Part shown: piece by piece, positions 20,657 through 30,990 of the stretch
Layout of the letters: every line of letters starts with the position of its first letter
Position numbering within the stretch: position 1 is the stretch's first letter
DNA from: a virus
DNA length: 64,000 bases
Reading direction: 5' to 3' (one strand)
Virus record (IMG/VR): IMGVR_UViG_3300028883_000048
Span: 2,584-66,583 of that record
Made by a program: the position numbers and the translations under genes
Notes under the pieces: generated by a model
What the model was told of the DNA's origin: nothing
What the model saw: the letters and a program-made list of their open reading frames with translations, nothing else
Databases searched by the model: none

Positions 20657-21839
20657 AATAATAACCTTTTCTGATCTTCATGCTCGACGTGATAATCTGT
20701 TCAAGGTCGAGCGAGTGCTCGATAGTATAATAAATAACGCAAAATCATTACAGCCTGATATGATCTTGTTCGCTGGTGATCTTTCAGATGGAGAAGTAAT
20801 TGTCAATGCCAGTTCACCATTATATATTCTAATTGATAAAATTGTCGAACTGAGCCAGATAAGCCCGGTCTACCTTTTACAGGGAACGCCCTCGCACGAT
20901 CGACCGGGCTTTCTGGATATTTTTAAATTACTACCTCAATCCGGGAAGACAATTCATATTCTTGACCGGCTTGGTCATATTGTTAATGTCGAATTAGGTG
21001 ACTACTTGGTTCAGATATTTGGCGTACCGGGATTAACGAAATCAAACCTGATACAGGAGGCGACTGCCCGGGGCTTAAGGCTCTCGACCGAGGAAACAAA
21101 TCAGGTTTGCGCTGATCTCTTAAAAGAAACCCTATTACTCAATCAGATTGCCCATCACGAGGCTATTAGAGAAAATTCGAATGTTATAAATATTCTCTTG
21201 GGTCATTTTTCTGTTGGCGGTTGTAGGTTGTCAACTGGACAATCTCTTTTGGGCGGTGATATCTCAATACCGCTTTCTGATCTCCTAATGGCCGAGGCAG
21301 ACCTATACTGTCTCGGCCATATTCATGAACCCCAATATTTGGCTAAAAACGTATATTATAATGGTTCATGCTTTCCATGTAATTGGGGTGAGGTTGGTCG
21401 GAAGAGTGCCTATTATATCGAGATGCTACCCGGGGAGATCAGGCTCATGAAAGAACTTGATCTGCCATATCCACCGATGCTCGACCTGCCTATAACTATC
21501 CACGATAATGGAAAGGTCGATGTCACCTATACAGAAGCAATAACAGGTTTTGTAGGAGAAGTTAGGGTTAAAGCCACCTGTCAACCTGAGATCAGCTCAG
21601 TTATCGACAAGACGTGGATAGAATCGTTTTTAAAGGATATCGATGTCAATCCCATTACTTTAAAGATCGAAAAGCTGGTTGAGACCCCCTATCGGGCTCG
21701 CTGTGAAACAATATCAAAACTCAAGACCAATACCGACAAGCTAAGGGCTTGGGGTCAAGTATATGAAAGAGATATCCCCTATACGGTTATAAAACGGCTT
21801 GAAGAATTTGAGGAAACAGGAGGCGGTCATGCGTCTTAA
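20637..21839 (+). CDS. sbcD: SbcD/Mre11-like metallophosphoesterase nuclease
   Basis: SDLH, AGDL, GTPSHD, LGHIH, GS...WGE motifs. Confidence 0.9.
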   Translation: MQNNPLKIITFSDLHARRDNLFKVERVLDSIINNAKSLQPDMILFAGDLSDGEVIVNASSPLYILIDKIVELSQISPVYLLQGTPSHDRPGFLDIFKLLPQSGKTIHILDRLGHIVNVELGDYLVQIFGVPGLTKSNLIQEATARGLRLSTEETNQVCADLLKETLLLNQIAHHEAIRENSNVINILLGHFSVGGCRLSTGQSLLGGDISIPLSDLLMAEADLYCLGHIHEPQYLAKNVYYNGSCFPCNWGEVGRKSAYYIEMLPGEIRLMKELDLPYPPMLDLPITIHDNGKVDVTYTEAITGFVGEVRVKATCQPEISSVIDKTWIESFLKDIDVNPITLKIEKLVETPYRARCETISKLKTNTDKLRAWGQVYERDIPYTVIKRLEEFEETGGGHAS

Positions 21840-24105
21840 ATCATTGAGACTCAGGGGAGCAATCGGATTAAAGAAGGTCGGCGACGAGATTGAAATCGAT
21901 TTCAATAAATTTTCGCCGGGTCTAATTTGTCTGATTGGCGAGAACGGAGCTGGTAAAACAACACTGGTTGAGAACCTACATCCGTTTCCGCGCCTGATAT
22001 CTCGATCGGGTGCCCTGTATAATCATTTTTATTCTGCTGATTCTTATCGTGATCTGACCGTTGAGATCGATGGAGCTGAATGGCGGTTCTATCTGGTCAT
22101 CGATGCCGAGAGACAAAAGACGGAATCCTATGTTTATAAAAACGGTCTGGCAATGAATGATGGAAAGCGACCGTCTTATGAGCGTATTGTCGAGGAATTG
22201 TTTGGCGACCCTGAGCTATATTTTAAATCAGTTTTTACAGCTCAGGGCGAAACCGGATTGCTGGGCATCCCGGCCAGTAAGCGCAAAGAGCTGTTTTCTA
22301 ACCTGCTTGATCTTAATCAATATCAACCAATCCACGAATGGGCGAAAACAGAGCTCACTGGTGCCAGATATTATCTTGATGTGATTAATAAAAAAATCGG
22401 CGAGTACAGAGAGAAACTAAAAAACCGAGAGACCATCATCAATGACCTTGATGATATTAATAATCAAATTGAGTTCTATAACAACCAGATCGCTGATCTT
22501 AAGCAAGATCTGCATAACCATGAGGCAATGCGTGATGAGGTTAATGGGAGAGTTGTTCAACAAAAACAACTCTTGCAAAGACGGTCTGAACATGAGGTTA
22601 ATATCCAGAGTCTTGAGATTGATAGCGAAAGACAGATAAGCGAGCTCAGAGATCACAATGCCAGCCTTGATCAGAAACGCATTCAACTCCAATCAAAAGC
22701 AAAGCTCTATGAGACTCGCTTAAAGATCAGGGTAACCGACGAGATGATCGAAAAAGAAAACGAGTATAGGCGTTTGACCAGTGAAATGACTGATCTAAAA
22801 AATCAACTCTCTGAACTGGGGATAAAGTTTACAACCGAGATCGATAACCTAAAAGATCGAATCACTGTTAGAAAAAAGCGTTACGCCCGGGCTGAAGCTG
22901 ATTTAAAAAACAAACAAGCACTGACACAGGCTCTCACTGAGGTTCCATGTTTCGATCATAAAGAGTTTGTCTCTGTTTGCCCATATTTAGAAATGGCTCG
23001 AAAGGCTGAGCTTGCGTTGCCGGACATTAAAGACGGGCTGAATATGATTTGTGGCTCCCTTAAGGGATTAGAGGACGAGCTTGGTGTTCATCAAGAGGTT
23101 TATCGATCTGAAAGAGACGAAATTAAAAACAAAATAGACCATAATTTTGATGCGCTCGAGCTCCTTGGTTATAAGGCTCCTACTCATGGTGTTAGCTGGC
23201 ATGACCTTAAAGCTCAATATGACCAAGCTGATGTGTTATTAACAGAAACCCAAAGCTCTATAAATGACTTAACCGAACAGGTTAATAATAATCTTCAAAA
23301 AATGTCAGATGTCCAGCGTGATACAATGAGCAAGGTCAATAAATCGAAAGTCGAGATACAAAATCTTAACAGTTTAATAGATACCAATCTATTAAAAAAT
23401 GTTACTGATTTAGATGCTCAAATCGATGCAATCAAAACAGACATCGATAACGCTCAGACAAAACTCCAAACATGGGAACGGTCAAAGGGCTCAACCGAAA
23501 ATGAACTCAAACAGCTTAACGAACTCAAACAACAACTCAAACAAGATCAAAAAGACCAGATCGAGTTATTGGAAAAGGTCAGAGATTATGATCTTCTTAA
23601 GACAGCGTTTGGTCAAAAAGAGGGTATTCCGGCCTTAGAGCTGGAAAACGCTTTGCCGTCAATAGCTGAGATCGCTAATGATATCCTATCAGGATTTGAT
23701 AAGAGCCTGAGAATCCGGTTTGATCTAACAAAACCAACTGCCGATGGCAAGAAACAGCTTGAGACCCTCGAGATAATGATCATTAACAGCGATGACAACG
23801 AACTGAGATTAGAAAACCTCTCTGGTGGTGAAAAGGTCTGGATAATAACCTCGATTCAAAAAGCGATCGCGGTATATCTCAGAGACTACTCTGGTCATAT
23901 AACTGAGACCGTGATAGCCGATGAATGTGATGGACAACTCGACCCGCAAAGAGCGATGGCCTACTACGAAGCAACCAAACAGGCTCACGAACTGACTGGC
24001 GCATATCATACGATCTTTATAACCCATCGACACGAAATCGCCATGGCCTGTGATCAGCGTATTGAGCTCGTTTGTGATGGTTGCGGGGTTAAGGAGGTTT
24101 ATTAG
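21829..24105 (+). CDS. sbcC: SbcC/Rad50-like SMC ATPase
   Basis: GENGAGKT Walker A, long coiled coil with central Cys pair, LSGGE signature, DE Walker B, ITH. Confidence 0.9.
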   Translation: MRLKSLRLRGAIGLKKVGDEIEIDFNKFSPGLICLIGENGAGKTTLVENLHPFPRLISRSGALYNHFYSADSYRDLTVEIDGAEWRFYLVIDAERQKTESYVYKNGLAMNDGKRPSYERIVEELFGDPELYFKSVFTAQGETGLLGIPASKRKELFSNLLDLNQYQPIHEWAKTELTGARYYLDVINKKIGEYREKLKNRETIINDLDDINNQIEFYNNQIADLKQDLHNHEAMRDEVNGRVVQQKQLLQRRSEHEVNIQSLEIDSERQISELRDHNASLDQKRIQLQSKAKLYETRLKIRVTDEMIEKENEYRRLTSEMTDLKNQLSELGIKFTTEIDNLKDRITVRKKRYARAEADLKNKQALTQALTEVPCFDHKEFVSVCPYLEMARKAELALPDIKDGLNMICGSLKGLEDELGVHQEVYRSERDEIKNKIDHNFDALELLGYKAPTHGVSWHDLKAQYDQADVLLTETQSSINDLTEQVNNNLQKMSDVQRDTMSKVNKSKVEIQNLNSLIDTNLLKNVTDLDAQIDAIKTDIDNAQTKLQTWERSKGSTENELKQLNELKQQLKQDQKDQIELLEKVRDYDLLKTAFGQKEGIPALELENALPSIAEIANDILSGFDKSLRIRFDLTKPTADGKKQLETLEIMIINSDDNELRLENLSGGEKVWIITSIQKAIAVYLRDYSGHITETVIADECDGQLDPQRAMAYYEATKQAHELTGAYHTIFITHRHEIAMACDQRIELVCDGCGVKEVY

Positions 24106-24300
24106 ATGACAGCAAAAGAAATAAATAAACGTATATGTCCCGGTTATGGAAAATATGAAGGAAAATGTGGCAGACCCGCAGGAACACCTTGGACACCGTT
24201 TTGGTGTCCGAGGTGTGATGAACTTCGCAGAAAGAGAATCAGAAAACAACTGGAAAATATTAGTGATGAGTTAAAGGCGGAGGGGGAGAACGATGACTAA
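24106..24300 (+). CDS. small Cys-rich protein
   Basis: C..C..WCPRC. Confidence 0.55.
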   Translation: MTAKEINKRICPGYGKYEGKCGRPAGTPWTPFWCPRCDELRRKRIRKQLENISDELKAEGENDD

Positions 24301-24976
24301 ACTAAAACCCAAGGTGAAAAAATGGAACCATGAGGACTTAGTTCAAGACCTTGCTGAATGTAAGGGGACATTTTTTTACAATGTCCCCCTCGGTAGTGTC
24401 TTGTTTGGTATCTATGCGGGAAAAGGTCAAGGTACTCCAATCGCCGATGTGCTGGTCGTTAAACCATCGTATACTCAATTCTGTGTATCCATATTCGAGA
24501 TCAAGGTCACTCGAGCCGATTTCATGTCTGATATCAGATCAGAGAAATGGCGCAAATATCTACCTCATTGTCATCGGTTTTATTTCGCTACCCCTCAGGG
24601 ATTGGTTCACAAAAAAGAGATACCCGACGAGGCCGGGTTGATAATCAGGAGTGACAAGGGATGGACGACTACCAAAATGGCATGGCCTCAAACAGAAATC
24701 GAAATCCCCTATGAGACAATGATGGCATTGGTGTTTATGAAGAACCGATCTCTACGCCGAGAGAGAGCTGTTGAGGATGTCGGCTATTGGAAACGATATC
24801 AACGCAGTGTTAGAAACACTACTAAGAGGTTTGGTAAAAAACTCGGTTACGCCTATGGCAAGCAAAAAGCGTATGAGGAACAATGCGATTGGGTTAAGAT
24901 GCTGGTCAGGGAGTTAGAGGAAAAGAAAAACCTATTAGACGAGCAACTTAAGCGAAAGGAGGCCAGCATTGTTTGA
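24293..24976 (+). CDS. MmcB-like PD-(D/E)xK endonuclease
   Basis: AD...FEIKV.RADF.SD...KW.KY...C.RFYF..P. Confidence 0.75.
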   Translation: MTKLKPKVKKWNHEDLVQDLAECKGTFFYNVPLGSVLFGIYAGKGQGTPIADVLVVKPSYTQFCVSIFEIKVTRADFMSDIRSEKWRKYLPHCHRFYFATPQGLVHKKEIPDEAGLIIRSDKGWTTTKMAWPQTEIEIPYETMMALVFMKNRSLRRERAVEDVGYWKRYQRSVRNTTKRFGKKLGYAYGKQKAYEEQCDWVKMLVRELEEKKNLLDEQLKRKEASIV

Positions 24977-25853
24977 TCGAATCGATAAAGGTCTCTATTG
25001 GGACAGGGCTTGGTATCTCGTTCATGGCTGTACGCCTGTATCAGATGGTTGTGATAATTGCTGGGCGGCTAAAGCATCCTGCATGAGGGCAAAACAATCA
25101 AACCCGAAAATCAGTCAGGTCAATAGTGGCCTGACTGATGATGGGGGGAAGTTTAACGGCAACATCAGGTTCATGGATAGAAATTTAGGTCTCCCGATTA
25201 AGACAAAGAAACCAACTGTTTGGGCGATCTGGAATGATCTATTTCACGAAGATGTCGATTATAAGTTTATCTCTAAGGCGATCTGTGTAATGGCATCGAC
25301 AAGCGGTTACCCTTATAATCGTAATCATATTTATTTATTATTAACAAAGCGACCTCATATCCTATTAGATTATTTTCGTTGGTGTAGAGAAAACCCCGAG
25401 CAGTTTATTCCCCCTGACATCCCCGGCTTATCATCTAATAATCATATTCGTATAAATATGCCTATGTCTAATATATGGCTCGGGACATCAATCGAGGACA
25501 ACGAGTCAGCGTCTTATCGACTGCCAGCTTTATATGAGGCTAAACAAAACGGTTATGCTGGTAAGATATTCGTATCGGTTGAACCAATACTGGAACAGGT
25601 CGATCTCACTGGCTGGTATGAGCATCTTGATTGGGTTATTGTCGGTTGTGAGACCGGGGCTAATCGTCGGGCTTGTAATTATCAATGGGTACAAAACATA
25701 GTTGATGGTTGTGTTGCCAATAAAGTGCCATGTTTTGTCAAACAGTTACCGGTAACAACTGATATGAAGCACTGGAAGATATCAAAGAAAATCGATGAGT
25801 TTCCGCTATTTTTACAACGTCGAGAGATACCGGAGATCGGGGGCTCACGATGA
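24969..25853 (+). CDS. DUF5131 (phage Gp37/Gp68) protein
   Basis: W....GCTPVSDGCDNCWA, DLFHE, LLTKRP, WLGTS.E, SVEP.L, WVIVGCETG, FVKQL. Confidence 0.88.
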   Translation: MFDRIDKGLYWDRAWYLVHGCTPVSDGCDNCWAAKASCMRAKQSNPKISQVNSGLTDDGGKFNGNIRFMDRNLGLPIKTKKPTVWAIWNDLFHEDVDYKFISKAICVMASTSGYPYNRNHIYLLLTKRPHILLDYFRWCRENPEQFIPPDIPGLSSNNHIRINMPMSNIWLGTSIEDNESASYRLPALYEAKQNGYAGKIFVSVEPILEQVDLTGWYEHLDWVIVGCETGANRRACNYQWVQNIVDGCVANKVPCFVKQLPVTTDMKHWKISKKIDEFPLFLQRREIPEIGGSR

Positions 25854-26014
25854 GCAAGAAATCAATTATCCGCGAATCCCTTGATCTGGCTGAAAGCATA
25901 ATCTTATGCTTAATAGGAATAGTCTTATTTCTGGCAATGATTGTCAGTATGCCAATCACGATGGTAAATCGATGGCTGAAAGAGCTAAAAGAGGATATTA
26001 GAAATGACCATTAG
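25850..26014 (+). CDS. small single-TM protein (54 aa, below ORF-track cutoff)
   Basis: MSKKSIIRES...IILCLIGIVLFLAMIV; overlaps both neighbours. Confidence 0.5.
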   Translation: MSKKSIIRESLDLAESIILCLIGIVLFLAMIVSMPITMVNRWLKELKEDIRNDH

Positions 26015-26381
26015 AGAGAGGCTTGTGAAGGCCTTAAAAACTCTCAAGAGATTAGAGCGAACCCCTTATAGTCATATTTGCGGAAGTGCCCATATCATCC
26101 AAGGTGTTCGTAAATTAGCGCGTGAAGCATTAAAACAAACCGGCAGGAAGGTGATTATGGATATAGAATTAGACCCTTTACCCTATGTTGTTATTCAGCT
26201 TGGGGACAATGCAGACGAACAACATTACTGCAATACAGTTGACGAAGCCATTGAGAAGATTGAGGAAATACGCGCCGGTCGCCCCCTCGATTGGGTTTAT
26301 CTTTATAAAAACGTCCCTATAAAAGTAACAACCTCGGTTAAGGTAGAGGTTGTTGATGACAACATATCCTCAAGAGGTTGA
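26004..26381 (+). CDS. hypothetical protein
   Basis: GAGG SD; operon packing. Confidence 0.5.
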   Translation: MTIRERLVKALKTLKRLERTPYSHICGSAHIIQGVRKLAREALKQTGRKVIMDIELDPLPYVVIQLGDNADEQHYCNTVDEAIEKIEEIRAGRPLDWVYLYKNVPIKVTTSVKVEVVDDNISSRG

Positions 26382-26407
26382 GAGCTTTAGGTATGATAGA
26401 GAGAGGA

Positions 26408-26869
26408 ATGACGATGAAAGACAATAAAAGAAAATTGGTTGTCGGTATAATGTTAGACCCTGTGGCGTCGGACATGGAAACGGTAGAAGATGAATTTACA
26501 CATTGGGAAAGAGACATTATAGACTATTTCGACGATAGAGAATTCTTGTTTTTGTCATTGGCTCCCCATGAGCTAATGGGACATCAAATGGATGTTTTGT
26601 TATTTGATTATGGTGGAATAATGCCCGGGGCACAGGGAATGAAAGATGATTTCGCGAGATCGGTATGGGAATATAGGGAAAATAATCCTTCTGTGAAAGT
26701 GGTGGCTTTAACGAATATGACCTATGAGGACTGTAAAGATTATTATGAGCAGGAAGATTTAGATATAGGGATTGTATATAATGCTGGTGATTGGAAAAAA
26801 CACCAGTCGTCTTTGGGTTGCTTAGAGAAAGTATTTAAAGAAATAGACATGGAGGATGATTGTAGATGA
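26408..26869 (+). CDS. receiver (REC)-like domain protein
   Basis: DVLLFDYGG.MPG...KVVALT. Confidence 0.4.
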   Translation: MTMKDNKRKLVVGIMLDPVASDMETVEDEFTHWERDIIDYFDDREFLFLSLAPHELMGHQMDVLLFDYGGIMPGAQGMKDDFARSVWEYRENNPSVKVVALTNMTYEDCKDYYEQEDLDIGIVYNAGDWKKHQSSLGCLEKVFKEIDMEDDCR

Positions 26870-27003
26870 ATACAAACAGCAAAATAGATGAGGTTTATAT
26901 CTTCGGTTTACTATCGGTCTGCCTGTTCGCGGTGGTGATGATAACCGAGATAGGAATCTGGAAGGAGGTTAAAGGATGGATTGTTTCGATCCTGTCGATG
27001 TAA
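26866..27003 (+). CDS. small TM protein (45 aa)
   Basis: GGAGG SD, ATGA overlap, hydrophobic core. Confidence 0.45.
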   Translation: MNTNSKIDEVYIFGLLSVCLFAVVMITEIGIWKEVKGWIVSILSM

Positions 27004-27224
27004 TTGAATATCTTGAATGGGCGAGAGATAAATATATCAACCGCCTTGACAAACAGAAAGAGAACATTAATCTCATCGAACCCCAAATCATTCGATTATC
27101 AAACGAGATCGCTATAGCCAGACATAACATTAATCAGACTATAGCCATTATCAACCACCTTGATAATCTGGAATGGGAGAAGCGAAAAAACAAAAACATT
27201 GCAACGAAAGAGATACCGGCTTAA
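26976..27224 (+). CDS. coiled-coil hypothetical protein
   Basis: AAGGAGG SD. Confidence 0.55.
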   Translation: MDCFDPVDVIEYLEWARDKYINRLDKQKENINLIEPQIIRLSNEIAIARHNINQTIAIINHLDNLEWEKRKNKNIATKEIPA

Positions 27225-27240
27225 GGAAGGGTTTGAGAAC

Positions 27241-27672
27241 ATGAACACAAAAGCAGGACTAAAACAATTTGAGGCCTTTCTGGTTGATAAAAAACCAGTG
27301 AGATTTAAAGAACATGCCCTACCTGTTATTGAGCAGATTGTTAGAGAATCAAATAACCCTAAGGCTATGACCAAGGCATTGATTCACAGGTGGCGTGAAT
27401 ATAAGGCTGAGCAACGACGGATATATCGAGGGCGATATTATTCTCAGCATAGAAATAAATGGACTCGTTCGGGTGGTTATAATGATCAGGCTAAAAACCG
27501 GGTTAACAGAGACCGTAGCAAAACCCGTCTGTCGATCATAAAGCGCATGACCCTACCGAAGCGAGCCTATACCGCTCACGACCTACAAGACTTGCCACCA
27601 GACAAGCTTGGGCGGGTTATAAATCAGATTACCAGAGGAACATCAACATTTTCACTTCAAGTCAGGGGATAA
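27241..27672 (+). CDS. basic hypothetical protein
   Basis: start MNTKAG after AAGGAAGG. Confidence 0.6.
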   Translation: MNTKAGLKQFEAFLVDKKPVRFKEHALPVIEQIVRESNNPKAMTKALIHRWREYKAEQRRIYRGRYYSQHRNKWTRSGGYNDQAKNRVNRDRSKTRLSIIKRMTLPKRAYTAHDLQDLPPDKLGRVINQITRGTSTFSLQVRG

Positions 27673-27675
27673 GAT

Positions 27676-28092
27676 ATGTCAGGAGTAAACAAAAAGATCA
27701 TCTTAGGACGTTTGGGCAAAGACCCTAAAACCGGAACAACAAAGTCGGGTAAGCCCTATGCGCTGTTCTCAATAGCAACATCTCAGAAATGGACAGACAA
27801 ACAAACCGGAGAGGTTCAGGAAAAAACCACTTGGCATAACTGTCAGGCATGGAACCGACTGGCTGAGCTGGTTAGTAAGTATCTAAACAAGGGCTCACAG
27901 GTTTATCTCGAGGGTTATACCGAGAATCAGGAGAACGAAAGCGACGGTACAAAGTATTATCGTGATATAATGATAATACAAACCATGCAATTTGTGGGCA
28001 GTAAATCAGACAACCAGTCGAACGGGAAATCAAGCGAACCTGATGAGCCACCATTCGCTGGCGATTCAGATGATGATGACCTTCCGTTCTAA
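27676..28092 (+). CDS. ssb: single-stranded DNA-binding protein
   Basis: VNK.I.LGRLG.DP...TTWH...KGSQVYLEG; C-terminal DDDLPF. Confidence 0.95.
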   Translation: MSGVNKKIILGRLGKDPKTGTTKSGKPYALFSIATSQKWTDKQTGEVQEKTTWHNCQAWNRLAELVSKYLNKGSQVYLEGYTENQENESDGTKYYRDIMIIQTMQFVGSKSDNQSNGKSSEPDEPPFAGDSDDDDLPF

Positions 28093-28127
28093 CACGGCAG
28101 ACCATAAAACGATAAGGAGATCAAATT

Positions 28128-28418
28128 ATGGGATTGTCACCAACTACAGCAGGATATTTTACATTAAAACTCAGCCGGGCTCAGGTCTGTTCTGATATTG
28201 GCATGCAGTTTATCAATGAGCTTAAAGAAATAGTACCTTGGGGGCGATTTACAGACGATTATGGAAGAACCCACACGATCAGAGACTATGACCCCGAAAC
28301 CCACCTATGGACAATAAGCTCGCTCTATCGAGATGAGGTTGAACGGCTATGGAAGAAATACTTTGTCTCTGACTGCTATGATCTGTTTGGGGATGAAAGG
28401 GGAGCTCAGGATGGGTAG
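28128..28418 (+). CDS. hypothetical protein
   Basis: AAGGAGATC SD. Confidence 0.6.
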   Translation: MGLSPTTAGYFTLKLSRAQVCSDIGMQFINELKEIVPWGRFTDDYGRTHTIRDYDPETHLWTISSLYRDEVERLWKKYFVSDCYDLFGDERGAQDG

Positions 28419-29370
28419 GCAAAAAAAGCGTGGGATATATAGATCGGTTTATACCGTGATCTTTGACAGCCCTGAATTTTTAAATCTCTCGAGGGATGCC
28501 AAACAGCTATTAATCACCTTAAGATTAAGTAGGTTGACAAACATGGCACATATATTTTTATGTGACACCGGGGCAATATATACCCTATCTGATCAAACCG
28601 GGATGACAACCGAGGCCATAGGAAAGGCTATCGATGAGCTATGCGATACCCATTGGATAGCCTATCGAGACCGTATCTTATGGGTACGGAATGGCTTAAA
28701 ATACGAACCATGTTATTCCGAAAACAACCCAAAACACCGATCTCATGTTCAAGACCTGATCGATGCCCTGCCGAAATCCAAGGTCATAGTTGATTTTTGT
28801 GAATACTATGGCTATAAGATACCATTCGATTGGTCTGAGGATGACAATCGAAAGGGTATCGATAGGGTATCGGATACCCTATCGAATGGCAATCGAGAGC
28901 CTATCGATAGCCAATCGATAGCCAATCGAAACAAAGAACAGGAACAGGAACAAGATAAAGAACAAGATAAAGAGATTACGCCGAACAAGTCGGCGCCCGC
29001 TCTCAAATCAAAGACGGCTGATAAATCTGTTAAGACCATTCCTGACACTGAACATCATAACATCATAGCCTTATTCTGTGATAAGTATAAAGATCGGTTT
29101 GATGTTAAATACTCGTTTACTGGCTCAAGAGAAGCCCCGATTGTCAAAAAGCTTTTAGCTGATTATGGTTATAATGATCTAAGTCGGATGATAGAAATGT
29201 ATTTTGAGATCACAGACGACCAATGGCTTTTAGATAAGGGCTTTACCGTCGGGAATTTTAAAACCAAAGCCATCGCATTGGCACAAAAGTTGAAAGGAGA
29301 TCGACTTGATGGAGATAAAAACAGAAGATTTAGTAAAGATCGTCGAGATAGCGGTAGAGTCACACTCTGA
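28411..29370 (+). CDS. replication initiator protein
   Basis: N-terminal wHTH-like F..LS..AK.L, internal iterons and KEQEQEQDKEQDKE linker, upstream of DnaC-like ATPase. Confidence 0.75.
   Translation: MGRQKKRGIYRSVYTVIFDSPEFLNLSRDAKQLLITLRLSRLTNMAHIFLCDTGAIYTLSDQTGMTTEAIGKAIDELCDTHWIAYRDRILWVRNGLKYEPCYSENNPKHRSHVQDLIDALPKSKVIVDFCEYYGYKIPFDWSEDDNRKGIDRVSDTLSNGNREPIDSQSIANRNKEQEQEQDKEQDKEITPNKSAPALKSKTADKSVKTIPDTEHHNIIALFCDKYKDRFDVKYSFTGSREAPIVKKLLADYGYNDLSRMIEMYFEITDDQWLLDKGFTVGNFKTKAIALAQKLKGDRLDGDKNRRFSKDRRDSGRVTL
28845..28975. repeat. iterons and A-rich tract, probable replication origin
   Basis: repeated (C/G)(T/A)ATCGATAG-like units in both orientations, then A-rich run, inside the initiator gene (lambda O-like layout). 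Confidence 0.65.
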
Positions 29371-30124
29371 CGATGTATATTATAATCACCCTAAACTTGG
29401 CGAGATGTATTTCGATTCTTGTTTGTTCCCGGTCGGCAGTGTGGGGCAATATTGCTTTTATCTAAAACAACTAAGCGAAAATGATCGCAAGAGTTTTATA
29501 AGACATGGATTCCTGCCAGAGCATGTTATGTACCCGGTTTTAAAGCAAATTGGTATTGGGAGAAAATATTACCCCTGTGATCTCAGCTTGTTTGATAAGA
29601 ATGTGTTTAAAGAGATTTGTGGTTGCGTTAGAGAGTTATTAAATGATGGTTGCCGAGGTCTCTTGATAATGGGGGATCCCGGGACAGGCAAAACGACAAT
29701 CATGAGATATATCATAGAGCGCTTGGTGGTCGGAAGTGAATGTCGGATTCAACCCGGCCAGCTCTTGTTTCTGTCAATCGATCGACTATATGAGGCGATC
29801 TTTGACCGTAATGATAAGATCATCTCAAGGATCAGATCAGTCAAATATTTATTTATCGATGATCTTGGTCAGGCCTATGAATCGGAATTTGCTTGTTCAA
29901 AATTTGAATCAATAATGAGTGATCGATACAACGATCTACTACCAACATTTTTTACGACCAATAAAACGGTTAGTGAGCTGAAAGACAACCGGGCTATGCG
30001 TCGGCTTTATGATCGGCTGAGAGATCGTGACTGGATATATGCAACCCTGCAGGTTTGCGGTGAATCAATGAGAGGGGAAAAACAGATAACAAATAAACCG
30101 GAAAGGAGCTCTATGACAGTTTAG
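29309..30124 (+). CDS. DnaC/IstB-like helicase loader ATPase
   Basis: GDPGTGKT, LFIDDLG, RY...PT..TTN, R..DRL. Confidence 0.85.
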   Translation: MEIKTEDLVKIVEIAVESHSDDVYYNHPKLGEMYFDSCLFPVGSVGQYCFYLKQLSENDRKSFIRHGFLPEHVMYPVLKQIGIGRKYYPCDLSLFDKNVFKEICGCVRELLNDGCRGLLIMGDPGTGKTTIMRYIIERLVVGSECRIQPGQLLFLSIDRLYEAIFDRNDKIISRIRSVKYLFIDDLGQAYESEFACSKFESIMSDRYNDLLPTFFTTNKTVSELKDNRAMRRLYDRLRDRDWIYATLQVCGESMRGEKQITNKPERSSMTV

Positions 30125-30252
30125 GATTGTTCATTCAAAAAAGTGGAAATCTGATGTACTAATTACAAGAGTAAGTTGAATCAAGTTATACCTACAGTAT
30201 CCGGCGGCATAGTTCGCCCTATGTCGCCGGGGATTAAGAAAGGAAGCTGATT

Positions 30253-30975
30253 ATGATAACAAATAACAGGAAGTTTGATACCGGGGCGATGGCGAAAGCC
30301 TTGGAGTATTTTCGGCAAAAGAGAGAGTTAAGCCAGAGGGATATGGCGTTGTTATGTGATGTCTCGGGCACGTCGATTCATCGGCTTGAGACCAATCAGG
30401 TCAATAGGATTCACTTTAACACCTTAAAGCGAATCTATAAAGGCCTTGACTTTTTAAACAACAATGCCGGGCTCACCAATCACGAACTATTTAAGCAAGC
30501 TCTTGCGATGCCTGAGCTGAGACCCACCAGCACGCTCACAACCAAAGACGTTGACTATATCCGCGAGGTTGTCAGACAAGACAGACGCTCCCGGAGGATG
30601 GGACGAGCTCAATATGCAAATTGTTTTAAAATCAACACGAGATTGATCTGGCGTTTAGAATCAGAAGGGTTTACCCGGATGGCCGAAAACGTCTTTGAGA
30701 AAGCCAAGACCTTACATGAAGCTATATATCAAGCTCATACCGTAAAGGTTATGCCCCCCGCTCCCATCGACAAGAGAACATCAGATATGGGGCTTGACGT
30801 TCAATGGTCTAAAGACCCTCAGGATGACCCGATTGTGATTGTTAAGCTCAAACTATCAGAGATTAAGACCTTGAGCTCAATCCTCGAAAAGGTTAAGATG
30901 GCCGTTAAGAACATAAGACCCCTTTCACTACCATTAGACACAACCGTTGCTGAAGCATGGCGAGGACAAACATAA
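30253..30975 (+). CDS. XRE HTH protein with two HTH-like units
   Basis: R.KRELSQRDMA....VSGTSIHRLE; second unit RR..MGRAQYA..F.I....IWRLE. Confidence 0.75.
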   Translation: MITNNRKFDTGAMAKALEYFRQKRELSQRDMALLCDVSGTSIHRLETNQVNRIHFNTLKRIYKGLDFLNNNAGLTNHELFKQALAMPELRPTSTLTTKDVDYIREVVRQDRRSRRMGRAQYANCFKINTRLIWRLESEGFTRMAENVFEKAKTLHEAIYQAHTVKVMPPAPIDKRTSDMGLDVQWSKDPQDDPIVIVKLKLSEIKTLSSILEKVKMAVKNIRPLSLPLDTTVAEAWRGQT

Positions 30976-30990
30976 GAAAGGATTTTGAAC

